A stretch of 64,000 nt of DNA from Blasia pusilla (Eukaryota). Below the pieces are notes generated by a model that saw nothing but the letters and a program-made list of their open reading frames with translations, was not told the origin of the DNA and did not search any database. Positions 14,290 through 27,320 of the stretch are shown here, in pieces; position 1 is the stretch's first letter, and every line of letters starts with the position of its first letter. The position numbers and the translations under genes are program-made. The stretch spans positions 18,414,001 through 18,478,000 of the forward strand of contig CM114271.1 in assembly GCA_050084515.1 (NCBI GenBank), in the 5' to 3' direction.

Positions 14290-17200
14290 ATTTATCCTTG
14301 GCGGTCACTACCTTGGACACCAACTCAGCTGTCTTGATTGCTTATTTCTCCGCATCTCCTTAAAAAAATTCTTCAACCTTTACAAAGTTTGGGATGTCGT
14401 CCGTGCTAGCTTCAAATGCATGATACACAACACCCAGGTTCTTGTCGGTCATTTCTTTGGGGTCATTGAAGTCCAACTAGATTGGACAATTCAACACTTC
14501 CCACTCTGACATATCCTGCCCCATCTCCATGTCGTATATGGATAATACTTCTCCATCAGAAGGAGAAGCCCACAGCTTGCATGCTGCTGGGTATTTGCGC
14601 CAAGTCCGTGTATTCACATTGTAGATCAGGTATTTGTATACCATGCGCTGGGAAACTCATTGCTGGGATGTCTCGGCCGCCTGTTCTTAGAAAAATCCCG
14701 GTTTCTAGCGTCAATTTCCTCGTCGAGATCTATCTGAGGGAGGATGTGATTCTTGAATATAGTTTGAAAGCCTGGGATTTTTGCCTGCCTATTGCGGATG
14801 TCATCCACCCACAACTCATAATCCTCATCAGCCTCTAGATTGGCCTCCTCTGGAACAGGCTCAATCTTTTTGAGCTCCGCTTGAAGACTATGGATCATCT
14901 CCTTCCGAAACAGACGAAGTGCATCCCACAAAGACCATTCTCTCAACCAATGAGAGATCGCAGGGTTTGATACCCCGAGAGGATGATGTGCCCCCCATTT
15001 TTGTGCCTCAGTCCCCTCGAGACTGATTTTCATCAATCGGATCCGCCTAAATTTGGATATACCTGAAAGTGCAAACCTGTCGACGCGGTCTAGAGACACC
15101 TCTTCCCCAATTCGACCCTGTGAGTCTTCGTTCCTCTTCTTCTGGCATTTAATGACTGCCTTCAACACCTTGTACAAGCCGTGGCCAAGATCAGGGTTGA
15201 GGATGGCAATGTACTGCTACATCTTGCTCGTAGTGTACTTGGTGGTTGTTGACATAGCATCCAAAATAAGCTTTTCTCTCTTTGATGCCGAAAAGTTTTC
15301 CCTCCGCTCCAACTCCAGTGTGGCACTTTTCTTGGTTGCATGAAATTTTGACCAACAAAAAATCGTGACTATTGCATTTTGGGAGATGTATGTATTCACC
15401 CAAGTCTTCTCGTTGATCTGCACATCCTTCGTGAACAACTTATCTACTAAGTCTTGCTCGAGGAATCCTTTGTACTCCTCCGGGTGCTTGGTTAGCATCT
15501 TCTTGACTCTATCGCAATCTTGGATCCGATGATGGGTCACGTTCCCCACCGAGAAAATCCTGCAAATCATGAGGACAAAGTGAGAAATATTCTCCAATGC
15601 AATCCGCCGGTTTCCGTCAAGATGCACACAAGATGACAAACAAGATCATATGCTGATTCACTACAACCCGTCGGACTCTGACATGTTGCGAAAATATCCA
15701 AGAGAAAGCCCCTATGAGAGGTTCAATATAGTTTTTGCCACCCACAGGACTTCGAAAAGTTGCAGAACTCTATGCAAATGGCAGCAATGTGCCACATGTC
15801 AGACTCAGACAGGTTGCGAGTTCGATAGGCCGATAGACATTGATGGAGGAATATCATCCTTTATTCTCCCCATCCTTGTCCTCTTTGCAACTTGTCAGAC
15901 TCCGGAGGGTTGTTGGAAATTTGTTGAACCTATCGATCTCGCAACCGGTCAGAGTCCGACGGGTTGCACATTGCTGCCATCTACATAGAGTTGTGCATCT
16001 TTTTGGAGTGGATCTCGCAACCCCTAGGAGTCCAGCGGGTTGCAAGGAGGCCCAGGATGCTGAAAATATAGGATCAAATTCCACCAAATTAGCTAACACA
16101 AATGCATTTGCAACGAGTCGGTCTCTTACCGGTTACTTAGAAATGTTTCACCTTATGCAAACCGTCGGAGATCGATGGGTTGCATAATGGGCTTCAATGG
16201 CTAATTTCAAATACCACCTTGCAGCCCGTCAGCTTCCGAAGGGTTGCAAAACACATGTATCATCCAAGAAAGTGACTACGAAATTTTCTTGTGGCAACCC
16301 GTCGATCTCCGACGGGTTGCCACACAATGGAGCGACATGTGCCAAAATATCTAAAGGAAACCCTTATGAGTCCAATAGGTTGCTATACGGTGTCCTAAAA
16401 TGCCCATGGAAGATCCGACAGGTTGTCGCTATTTTGTCCTATGATTTTGAATAAAGACTACTAAGCTTAATTGGGCAACCCGTCGGACTCCGACGGGTTG
16501 CAACAAGCTAAAAATTTACTTACCTATTCATTGAGTGTATCGCCATCTCCACCATGGCCATGTGATACGGAAAGGGACGGAGGATGACTTCCCTCATGCA
16601 AAAATGCGCCTCCAATGAATTTGGGCGCTCCCCTGCAAATTGGGTTCATGCCCTGAACCTGTGGTTCACATCCCAGATGAAGAAATTTAGGTTCATCATC
16701 TAGCTGAATTCAATTCCTTTGACAACTCTTTTGAACTTCGTGTCTCTCATTCTCCAGAACATGTCCAACTTTTCGAGGTCTTTTTCCGTCACGAGAGACT
16801 GCGTTCCATGTTCATCATAAGGCTGAACGTAGAATGGCGGGAAGTTTTCGACGTAAGATGTTGTGGAAACCGACTGCTCTACTTTGCAATATCCTTGTCC
16901 GACTGAATTTTCCGAACGTACTCCATGGTCCAAAGTTGACAAAGAGGAATTCTTGGGGACTTCAGGCCGTCCACCACCGCCATCTACTTTACAACCTCAA
17001 AAAATTTCGAGATGGTTAATAAGCTGCAATTTGCTTCGGACGTGATTACCAAAGCTTAGTAAGCTATGTTGATAACTCCTTACCCTCTCAAAAATTGGGT
17101 CAGAGTCGAGGCTGGCCAGCCGCTGTGGAACAAGAGGAGGCAACTCATCCACGTACAAGAAGTCAAATCTTCCACCGGGCTCAATGAAGACCAGGACTCT

Positions 17201-17820
17201 TCTCCCGCTTCCTTAGAGATGTCCACAATTTCCACACTTGGTGGCCTCATTGACTCCTCGTCCTTCTCTTGAACATCTTTGATCTCTTCAGACGTTTTCA
17301 AGTTTATGCTGTCGCCAGACCTCAACTGGCATGCATCCTCCATCTTAACGATGTCCGTAGGTCGAACGAGGCTTATCTTACTCCATGCCGATAGCCTTCT
17401 CCCTCTGCGCTTTCACCAATTCTTCCCTCTCTTCTCGTATGCAATCCTTTTTTTCATTTCCTTTGATGCCTCCGCCTAGGTGTTTCGCTTTGCAAGTTCC
17501 TCCATCGCAAGCTTAGCCTCCACCTCTTGCCTACGCATTTCAGCTTCCCTCTCTTGTCCTCTATTTCTTGTTGCCTTACGTCCGCCGCCGAGCGAGGGCC
17601 AAGAGAAGGCAGAACATGCATCCAGATGGACTTTGGAGTAACGCTCCCAACCTTCGATGCTAGTGTTTTCTTCCTCGTCAATGTGATTGTGAAAGAAGTA
17701 AAGCTCTACACTCCGCAAACAGGAAAGCAATCGATTTCAGTGTCGTTACTCGAAGCGTCGTTACTCAGAGCGGGGTTACCTTTTAGCAAAGCGCCTTTTG
17801 GAGTAATCGTCATGTTTGCT
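14290..17820 (-). pseudogene. Decayed accessory ORF of the MULE-like DNA transposon (unknown function)
   Basis: Consecutive broken minus-strand ORFs (14626-15177, 15217-15639, 16700-16942, 17080-17343, 17476-17730) with a charged coiled-coil-like stretch. They run divergent from the transposase and are interleaved with the same 27-bp palindromes. Confidence 0.4.
15660..16501. repeat. Cluster 1 of the 27-bp palindrome GCAACCCGTCGGA-N-TCCGACGGGTTGC
   Basis: About ten variants, e.g. at 15941, 16017, 16157, 16221 and 16294. A perfect copy lies at 16475-16501. Confidence 0.9.
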
Positions 17821-17979
17821 CGAAACGTTGTTACTGAAATTGCATAATGGATAGGAAAGAGAAATGATCATAATCTAAGCCTTATACAATTTTTTAGCCG
17901 TTGAGCTGACCGTTGGATTTTGGGAACGGTTGGTCCAAGGGTGACGTCTGGCCGGTGAGGTGCTTGGCACGTGGGAACC

Positions 17980-18640
17980 GTGCAACTTGTCAGAGTTGGA
18001 TGGGTTGCACAGTACGAGGGTGCAACGATTCCTGCGTCTTAAGAATACAATGCGAGGTCACTCTGCAACCGGTCGGACTCCGATGGGTTCCACGATGAGC
18101 ATTGATCTTGCCCAGTTCCTGCAACCCGTCGGACCACCACGGGTTGGATAGGGTCCATCTAGCCTCGGTCCCGTGCAACCCGTCGCAGTCACAAGGAGCA
18201 TTCATCTTGCCCAATTCCTACAACCCTTTGGACCAGGTTGGGTTGCATGGGGTCCATCTAGCATGAGTCCCATGCAACCCGTCGCACTCCCACGGGTTTG
18301 GTGGGGACCATTCAGCCTAATTCGTGTAACCCATTGGAGTCCAACGAGTTGCATGGAACCCACGTTGCCTAACTTATGCAAGGTCGGGGAGTCCGATGGG
18401 TTAGCGTGTGGGGGGACCCGGGGGACAAGGGTTCTGGGTCCGTTTATTTTGCAATCCGTCGGACTCTGACAGGTTGTAGGCCCCTGGCAGATCTTTCCCG
18501 TGGAATATGACTTAATTCAAGTCGTCGAACTACGTTTAGGGTTAGGGTTCATTCCGTTGTCATCCCTTCTTATTTCCAATCCATTGGACTCTGACGAGTT
18601 GGAGTTTCCCTTGAGTCTACCTTCCAACCCGTCCGGCTCT
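17980..18640. repeat. Cluster 2 of the same 27-bp palindrome
   Basis: Repeated gcaacccgtcgg...gggttg variants at ~17982, 18065, 18121, 18175, 18274 and 18451. Confidence 0.85.
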
Positions 18641-18840
18641 CATGCCTTTCCCACTAGTCATCCACCAATATCTCCAAATATTCCTTTTTGGAAGGTCCAG
18701 TCACCTCGCGATGGTTCAACCTAACTACCAACTGCATGTCAGACATATTCTGTCAAAATTTAAACAGACACTGTTCACTATAAATTCAACATTCCCATTC
18801 TTATTCCTCTGTCTAGGCAATTATTCTCGGTCTCACCTAG

Positions 18841-20750
18841 ATGGAAATTTATGTGAAGCTCACATGTGGCAGTCATCTAGCAGGCCTTCCTAAATCGGAG
18901 ATAATTCGAGCCCAACCCGGTGACATTCATGTAGTTGTTGATGAACATTTCCTTTCACTCCAATTTCTTCTCCACATTGGAACCATCTTCGTATCCAAGG
19001 ATGTCAAGGTTGATGGAACATATGATGTCATAGGTGAAACAGTCCAACCGGAAATTGGAAGCTCCAGAGTGTGGAACCTCTCATCCTACTCCAATGGACA
19101 ATTCAAAGTTTATGGCCTACGCGTGATCACCATTGCGACTCATGAAGACGGTCCGAAACCTTCAAGTGCTCCATGCTTCACGTTTGGCACGGGTGCTTCG
19201 GCCAATCTTGCATTGACTCCAATTTCAAAAGCTCCAAATGCCACAGTTGAGATTGTGGATATCCAAGATGTCGTCGATCTCACACGATTTGTTGGAAACA
19301 TGTCTAATCCAACATCTGCTTACTCATTCTTGCTTGGAGTTTTGGGAAATTGGTTGCTTTCTTCGCTTCCCTTGAAAAAGTTCAAGCACATTATCGTAGA
19401 CGAGCTGTCAGCAACGTATGATGGAAACTGCATTTTTGAGTTGCCTCCACTTGTCTGTGTTGCTCAGAAGAAAGATGGAGGCCGCTTGAAGGGTATTGAC
19501 CAAAAATGGGACTGTCTCCGATGGTGTACACTGCAGCGAAAGCGCTTCAATCCCAGGTGGTCCTTGGACTGTGTCTCATTGCCAATGTGTTGGAGCCTTA
19601 GAGTGCAGAAGCCTAGGATGCCCCTTCCTTGAGAGGAATGGAGTCGTGAATAATTCCCAATTTCCTCCAAAAAATTCCAAAACTCCTTACGCCCTGGGTA
19701 CGACCATACTATCGGGTGGCCATCGATGTCCGCATTGTCAAACCTCCCCTTTCTGTGTTAGAGCGTGTCTGGCTCACATATTTTTCATAGTGCACGACTA
19801 TAGTTCTACATCCTAGTACACAAGGCTGGAAATTCATGTTGGGTATCACACTTATCTTGTCACGGGTGAAATCTAGAGACACATCAAGCAGGATGTGGCA
19901 AAGAAAGTGGCCAAGGTGTACAAAAACTCTCCATGATCAAAGCCCAGGGTGATCAAATTGACAACTGCATCACAAATTTGTAAACAATTTCTGGGTATTC
20001 CTCGCCAAGGGGAGATCACGGCAACTGAGGACAAGCAACTGTGGGAAAACCTTGCATTCTTGGCTGATCCATAAAGCTTCAGCAAATTATTGCGTCAAAT
20101 ACGAATACTTGATGGAAAGACCGCAGAGATGGATGCCATTGCAAGGATCAAGGCCAACAAACACTTTCCATTCATCCAGAGATGGCAGTTCATGGGCCAA
20201 GGAGGCGAGGGATCTAGAGCTTATGTCCTCAAAATGCCTACTACAGGCCCGTCAAGCGGCCAGGATCTTATTGAAAAAATTAGGGAGGGAGAAGATCTAT
20301 TTGGGAGCTGGTTAAGCTTTGATATTTGCTACACGGTGTTAAATGGATGGTTGACCATGGGGTCACATGTTTACGACCATGTGGAGAAGGATTTCAAAAC
20401 CTTTTTTTTTTTGTGAGGTGAAAGCAGAAGATGTTGGCAGCTTGAAGATGTGTTGGTTACTCTTGCTAGAGGTGGTGATGGAAAAAAAAAGACCTCCTTC
20501 TGAAATATATGGCTTCATGGCGGACAATGCCCAACCGGGATGGATTGCAATCATGGAAGTATCCTTGGGGGGAGGTTCAACCGAAAAGGGAAAGATCGAA
20601 TGCTTTCCATTGGCAATAGTCTGTGACTCGCTACACAAAATCTTGGATCAAGGAGACTAAGTGAACATATCATGTAGCTATAGTTCAACGTTGCAAGGAT
20701 AGCAAAACCTTGAAATAAGCCATGGAGTGCCAGGAAGAGCTTCATGTGTA
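18841..20750 (+). pseudogene. MULE (Mutator-like) transposase, N-terminal part and DDE core, frameshifted
   Basis: A Cys/His-rich region (ORF 19496-19816) is followed by WLSFDICYTVLNGWLTMGSHVYD and FMADNAQPGWIAI, resembling the first two acidic motifs of the MULE domain. A SWIM finger lies downstream at 25791-26100. Confidence 0.65.
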
Positions 20751-20759
20751 GCGGAAGAC

Positions 20760-23700
20760 TCTTTCTTTTCTTTGCATCCCCATATTCTTGCTCTATAGGA
20801 GTGCAAGCTAAAAATCTGAAAACTCCTTCTCTACCTTCAAAGGACCATCTCTCAACTTCTCCCTCTTCCTTTCATGACCTACTCATACAATAAGGAATTG
20901 AACCGGTCTTGTTCCATCCTTATTTCAAATACAGGCATAATAAGACCCATCATCCATGACTTTGGTCTCCAGTCTAGATGCTGTGATGTAAGGTTGCCCA
21001 AGAATCATAGGATAAGTAGCTCCATTCTGAACAAAGAAATTTTGCTTAATCAACGCATCTCTGATACGAGTTTTGACGTATGGACAAGCACCGTAGAGTT
21101 CACCTTTTTGGTTGTTAGCCGCTCGTAGAACCCATCCATGCCCTGTATCAATTGGCCACATCCCTTTGTCGTATACACTTCGCGACATGATGTTGATCTC
21201 CGAATCATGATCAACGAGAGCCAGATCTGACTCTTGAAGAGAGCCAAGTCAAACTGTAGCCTCCGTCGTTGCACTTGCCCAATATGACCGAGAATAGTGT
21301 CCACCATTGTGCCTTTCTTCACCTTGTTCTGTCAAGGCTTCTCCTACTCTCGCCTCTTCTTCCCTCTTCTTCCCGTAAGTCAAGCTTTAGTCCAAAAACT
21401 TGGCAAAGCTCTTCATCTTCTTCTTCTGTGATGTCCGTATCCAAAGCCCTCACCATCACCATATCTGCAGTCATCTGCCTCTTCCTTTTGATCAAATCTA
21501 TCATCAACTCATGAAAGTCACATTTGGTTATTCCCAAGAATCTCCTTTAAATTCGTTCTTGTCCCTATATTAGACAGCAACTTGTATGTAGGAGTCTTAC
21601 CCTTGGTCTTTTGAGAAGACCTCAATTCTTTCTCCTTCATTCCACCTTCTTTCATTTAAGAATCCATCATAGATTCAGATGTAGAAGTACCTTCTTCTCT
21701 TGATGGTTGCGCCTTTGGTTACCCTTTCCTTCTTGCGGTCCTCGCTCTTCTTGCAGCTTCCTCGGGATCAACACCATCATTGTTGCGCCTCCTCTTCTCC
21801 TCCACACAAGCATCTTGCAAACTCACATGTTTCTCTTGTGCTAGGTATGCTTTAACACACCCAGCTTCCACTGGATCATCCCATCCAGTCACATGATGGA
21901 TAGTCTCTGCCCCTCGTATCATCACTTCTCGAGGAAATTGTAATGATTCACTTTTATATACAGATACAATAGGCGCTTCTATTTTTACTGCAAAGGTATC
22001 AGAATCTAATACCCTAGTGGCAACTCCTACTTGACTTCTCACTAAGCCTTCCATTCCTTCTCAACCAAAGTTGGTATTCAACGGCATGTCAGTCTACGTT
22101 GAATGAATCTTCCCATCTTTGAAGTTTACAATTCCATTATTAAGAGCTTCAGAAAACTCCTCACATTCTCGACGTTTATGCTCAACACTATCTCACAAAG
22201 TTCCTACTTGTCGAAGGAGCACCAACACTAGGATTCCTATCAAGTTTATGCTCACCCATTTCTACTCTCAATTCTCTCAAACCTTTCACCAACTCATCTA
22301 TAGCAGAATCTTCAAGTTTTGTTGAAACGAGCTTAGGCAATGGATTCGAAATTGATACCTCCGACTTGAATAGTGCGGTTCTACCTCTACTTCGGTTTTG
22401 CTTTGTAAGGATAACAACATCTTCTTCCACTTTCTTCCAATAAGTGCTGACCTCTCCTTCTTAGGTCTTGTCCACCAACATTATGAAAAGCTTGTCCTCC
22501 TAATTCTCGTCAGCCGCCTCAAGGAATAACTCAGTTTTCCTCAAGTCTAGAGTTGCTCTTTCGGAAGAAGAAAGTTAAAAAACACCGCTTCTCAAACTTA
22601 CGCAATAATTCATTTGGAGTCATTTCCTTCCCTAGACGTTGCCCTATCTATTCTAAAAAACTCCTCTTAGTCACCCTATCCACATCATCATCGAAAAATT
22701 TTCCTTTCAGCAACTGCTCATACTCCTCCCACAAGGTTGGATTTTCTGCTCTCAACTTCTTTACTTGACTACGAATCTCTGGTATTAGAGCTAACTCAAA
22801 ACTTGACACCATGTCACCTTTGGATACAAGGTTTACCTCCATCTCATAGACGTTCTCTCAAACATATTTGGTGATGTTCCTCCCATAAAATCTCCCCAAC
22901 TTCTTTACAATCGCTTGAAGAGCCCTTGTTGATCTTTGCTCTCCTATGTGAACTCCTCCTCGTTGGGAGAAGATCCTCTGCTCCCTTAGTTCCCATTGAT
23001 GAAGTACTACCAAAAGTAGTCATCTTGATAAGATTCCAACTTGAAAATACAATCTACCGCCTCAAAGATCTCTCAGTGGAAGCACCATTTGTCGTATCGA
23101 GAGCCTTTCTTCGAGTAAGGGAAGGCCTTCTAGCTGCGGAAGACGTGGTCGATGCAAGGTGAACTCTCTAAGAAGTTCTCCTTTCTCAATACAAGATTAT
23201 TATGTATACTCTCCATTCCTCATGATAGGTATCACAGATGGAAGTGCCGAGACGATCACTTCTTCGTAACATCGGACCCCGATATTCTTAACTATAAAAT
23301 CCTTATAAACTACTTTACGCTTGTACACGAGGAAGATAGCGCAATTAATGTTGAACCCTACTTGAGCAGGCCTATTGACGTCCATGAATCGCTATATAAG
23401 GACAAACAAAGTACAATTCCATGTCCTTCCATATGTGACGATAGGAAGAATCACCGGTATTGGAGATTTTATGATCTGGTTCATGAACGCCTCCCCAAAA
23501 TGATAAATTAAATAACGAGTGAACCAGTGCCTATCTAGAAAGAGTATCTTGATATGGTGTGGATTGAGGAGAGAAAAGTCATGCACTACTTGTGCTCCAC
23601 CCCTATCCATGTTTGACAGATAATTTCTATTCTCCTCAAGAATGGGCTTTGGCGGAGTTATTATCCCAAGAGGGGTAATCCACTCTCATAAGCAAAGTAA

Positions 23701-24368
23701 CAAGCCAAAACATTCACTATTTTAGTATGACTAAACTCCTATAAGATTATAAACCTCTCATCTCCATACACACACACACCACACTCTAGAAACCTCTCGG
23801 AGAATAGACCATGCTCAAGTTACTCTCCCAAGAAGGTGATCCACTCTCATTGGAAGAAAAAACCATCCTAAAGCCATACACTCAAGAGTGACATGAGAGA
23901 CTCAAGATGTGCAATAGAAGGTGATGAACCCTTGAAGGTCCCTCCTCTTTACATACTCACAAGTAATCCACAAGAGTACAAAATAGAGCTAATCTTATCT
24001 TGTGCCACATGGCTTCCTCTCAAGGCTTATCCAATCACATTTTGACACGAGTAGATTTCCTCTTATCTCTTCCAAAATATCCTCTTTTATCCATTTGATA
24101 TTTTCCAAATTACCCCAACTAACCTAGCCACCAACCAAGCCTACTTTTTCTTTTCATTAAATCACCATCCTCACTACTTCACTTTATAAAGTTATCTTTT
24201 ATTTATTACCTCTTTTCTTAAAGTTGGGCCCGCATAAAAGAGGCACCATAAAGAGATTTAAACATGAGAATTTCCTTTTCCTGAGTTAATTTATTTAATA
24301 CTAATAAAACTCTATCTAACACTTAACGAGGAAGGATTTTACACACTGGCTGATTTTACTATATGACA
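20760..24368 (-). mobile_element. Truncated Gypsy element (5' LTR, gag, aspartic protease) inserted in the MULE-like element
   Basis: LTR at 23434-24368 and gag-like ORFs at 22648-22842, 22188-22430 and 21719-22054. Protease LVDHDSEIN...MILGQPYI at ~20925-21220. Confidence 0.75.
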
Positions 24369-24610
24369 CCGTCGGAATCCGACGGGTTGCTATTTTGGTC
24401 AGAAAAAAGTTCACCATGCAATACGCCTGAATCCGACGGTTTGCAATTTTTTCTGAAAATTTTTCATCGTCCAACCCGTCAGAATATGACGGGTTGTTAT
24501 TTTTTTTTGAAAAAATTTCACAATGCAACACGTCGGAATCCGACAGGTTGCAAGTTCCTTAAAGCAAGATAAATTAATCTTGCAACCCGTCCAATTTTGA
24601 CGGGTTGCAA
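24369..24610. repeat. Cluster 3 of the 27-bp palindrome
   Basis: ccgtcggaatccgacgggttgc at 24369, with further variants to 24608. One more copy lies at ~26302-26328. Confidence 0.85.
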
Positions 24611-25790
24611 GCATTGAAGACTTAGGCGTTCCCTCCATCAATTGATAAGTTTTGTGTCGAGGGACTGAACATTCACGAAAATGGCTTCTGCCCCAACGCA
24701 AGCGGATCCGAGAGTGTCCATTCCTCTTGGAGGTCATCACAAACATGTCAAAAAATATCTCTCGTTGAGGCATGCCAACAAGACCAGCCAAGAGCAATGC
24801 TACAATCTCCAGCCTCCCACATCTTCATCAGAAAAGGCGTAACCAAGGGAAAGGTCCCTTAGAATTACGAGCTCTATGTTAGAGCTGTTGTTAGATCTGG
24901 GGATGAGAAATTGTATGTGGAAGCTTTCAATCGCTGTATAGTTGGAACTCCTATCCAGAAAAAAATCCGTGGGCGTGTTTCAAGACGTCTCATACAGATG
25001 GTAGTAGAGCAGTCTGAACGAGACTCCTGGAGATCAATAAGTATATTGACTTCAGGAAAGTCAAGCGTCAGCATCAAGGGAAGAATTCGGTGATTGATTT
25101 GAATGATGAAATTTCCCCGCCCATGTATTCGGAGACACGAGACTGCTCCCAAATTTGAGTTGAAGAACCTTCTGCAAAATCAGTGAATATTTTATTACAA
25201 AATCCCTCTGTAGTTGGAATTTCCCACCATACAGTCTCAGGGGTAGTTCAACAGTATAGGATTCTGGTCGTTAAGGTTGATTGCAACCTCAAGCGGTGGC
25301 ATATTTCTCAACGCAACCTTGGACGTGGACACACTTGCAGAGCAGGATCGGATGGCACTAGGAGAGCATGTGGCATTTTTTTGAATAAGAACTGTATAAG
25401 GACAAGACGACCACTACCAGGTTTTTGGGGGTTGAAAACCTTTGATTAATCTATCAGAAACGGGGATCAATTGAAGTACTTCTTATGCCCTAATGAATCG
25501 TGCGCTTTCCAAAAGTCTTATTTGGCTACCATTGGAGCTCTAGGGAACACCCCCACAATTAGGCCCATTGCTGCATGTACCAATTGCACCCAAGAGGAAA
25601 TGGACAATCTTACAAGTGCCGATTTCATAAGGAGGAGTTGGGAGCATGTTTGCATTACATAAACTTTCGTATTTTGGATTCAACCCAAGATTGATTTCAA
25701 CATGTACCCAGAGAAGGTGGATGATCTCAATCCACTATTTCTTTTCTAGTCAAGAAATGGGGTGAAGAGAAACAGAATGTGTAAGCAACG

Positions 25791-26100
25791 GTGGAGAGAG
25801 CAAAGCGAATCGCATCAGCTCAGGAGGCAAACAAGGAAATCATCGCTACAAAAGATGTTCATCGTGGCAATGGAATAGGAAGGATGTATTGGGTCAGGAA
25901 CAACACTGTGAACTCTGGTGTGACAAGGGTGTATGTGGTACACATCTGTTGCTTTCCCACATGTTCTTGTGATGACTTTGTCCAAAGAGAGACAACAAGG
26001 AAAAGGTATTTTCCTTATAAGCACATATACTATGTGTTGCTTGTTGTCTTAAGAGTCGGAGGGAGGAGTAGGAATCCACCAACCAATTTTGTCCCTCAAA
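25791..26100 (+). pseudogene. SWIM zinc-finger region of the MULE-like element
   Basis: YVVHICCFPTCSCDDF...FPYKHIYYVLL matches the SWIM CxC...CxH pattern, with the last Cys changed to Tyr. Confidence 0.7.
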
Positions 26101-26518
26101 GAAATACAAAGTATTTTAAACAAACTACTTTGAAGATGCAAATGGAGTCTAACATTGTAGTTTCAACTGCGAGAATGTTCATTATGAGCTTGAAGTCAAT
26201 TCAAAATGATAGATTTGTTTTGGACCTTGGATGGAAAAAGTGATTTGTTCCGCATTATTGATTCCAATGATTTTTTCAGTTTTTCTTTTATTATGCAACT
26301 TGCAACATGTCAGATTCAGACGGGTTGCCAGAATGGGGAAGAGGAAAAATTAATCTATGGAATGACTAAGCAAAGAGAACAAAAGTGCAAAAATATTCAC
26401 AAAACAAAACTTCCTCTCTTCAACCCAACGATTGAAGAGAGGAAGATTGAAACTCTTTAACACTTTTTTATTTCATGTGCATCGCGAGGGCACCTTACTA
26501 GTGTGAACAAAGTATCAG

Positions 26519-26750
26519 GAAACTCTCTTAAAAAAAGTATCTCTTTGGGTTGAAGGTAGTTTCCTCTCTCCTCTCTCCTCTCTCCTCTCTCCTCTCTTCC
26601 TCTCCTCTTACCGCGCCTTTCCTGGAGACCAAAATAGGGTTCAAATCAGAGGAAACTCTCTTAAAAAAAAGTATCTCTTTGGGTTGAAGGTAGTTTCCTC
26701 TCTCCTCTCTTCCTATCCTCTTACCGCGCCTCTCTTGGAGACCAAAATAG
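26519..26750. repeat. Tandem duplication (~100-120 bp units) with CT-rich core
   Basis: ggaaactctcttaaaaaaagtatctctttgggttgaagg...ggagaccaaaatag occurs at ~26519 and ~26651. Confidence 0.85.
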
Positions 26751-26990
26751 TCTCCACACCTTGATCGCCGCCTCATGGAGAATGCAAACCTCGTGATAAT
26801 CATCCATGGGAGGGCCCTTAGGATGGGGAAAAGGTCCCTTCGAATCTCTGCCGGATTCGCATCCTTTGTGCATCACACCAACTATCAAACTCCTCCATAA
26901 AATCATCCAACTTGATGGTTCCTACCATGCTTGAGAACTATCAGGATCCCCTCATTGACCCATAGATATTGCGATCATCGATGTCCTACA
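26740..26990 (-). pseudogene. gag N-terminal fragment of the DNMT/PHD Gypsy family
   Basis: PPMDDYHEVCILHEAAIKVWRLFWSP matches PPMDDYMEFRSLYSVEIDAWRMYWAP at ~35905-35985. Confidence 0.7.
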
Positions 26991-27320
26991 ATAAGGGTAT
27001 GGCCATACTTGCGACACTCCGTGACCTCTCGGGTAACTGAGAATCCGTGGACATCACCTCTAGAGTAACTACCAATGGCTAATGAGGTGGTTCCTCATGT
27101 GGAAACCCTCGATATGTGGTATCACTCCGTGTAAGTCCTCCACCACTTCTACCACTACCACGCTCCCCAGAACTCTGCCTGGTATTTCTAGATTCCCACT
27201 TGTATTTGTGACATGGATGACAAGAAGGTGACTAAGGATGGGGCTACATGAGCACCTGGCCTTTTTGCTCTTAGCGTGCGAGAGATGTAAGTCATGGTAG
27301 CTAGGGATAGATGAACACTA

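Noticed and set aside
15660-18640. CRISPR array suggested by palindromic repeats with spacers
   Set aside because: The context is eukaryotic, the repeats are degenerate with irregular spacing, and no cas-like ORFs are present.
13355-24368. One intact 11-kb LTR retrotransposon bounded by the two LTRs
   Set aside because: Both LTRs are followed by the same PBS-like site and leader, and the interval contains unrelated MULE sequence.
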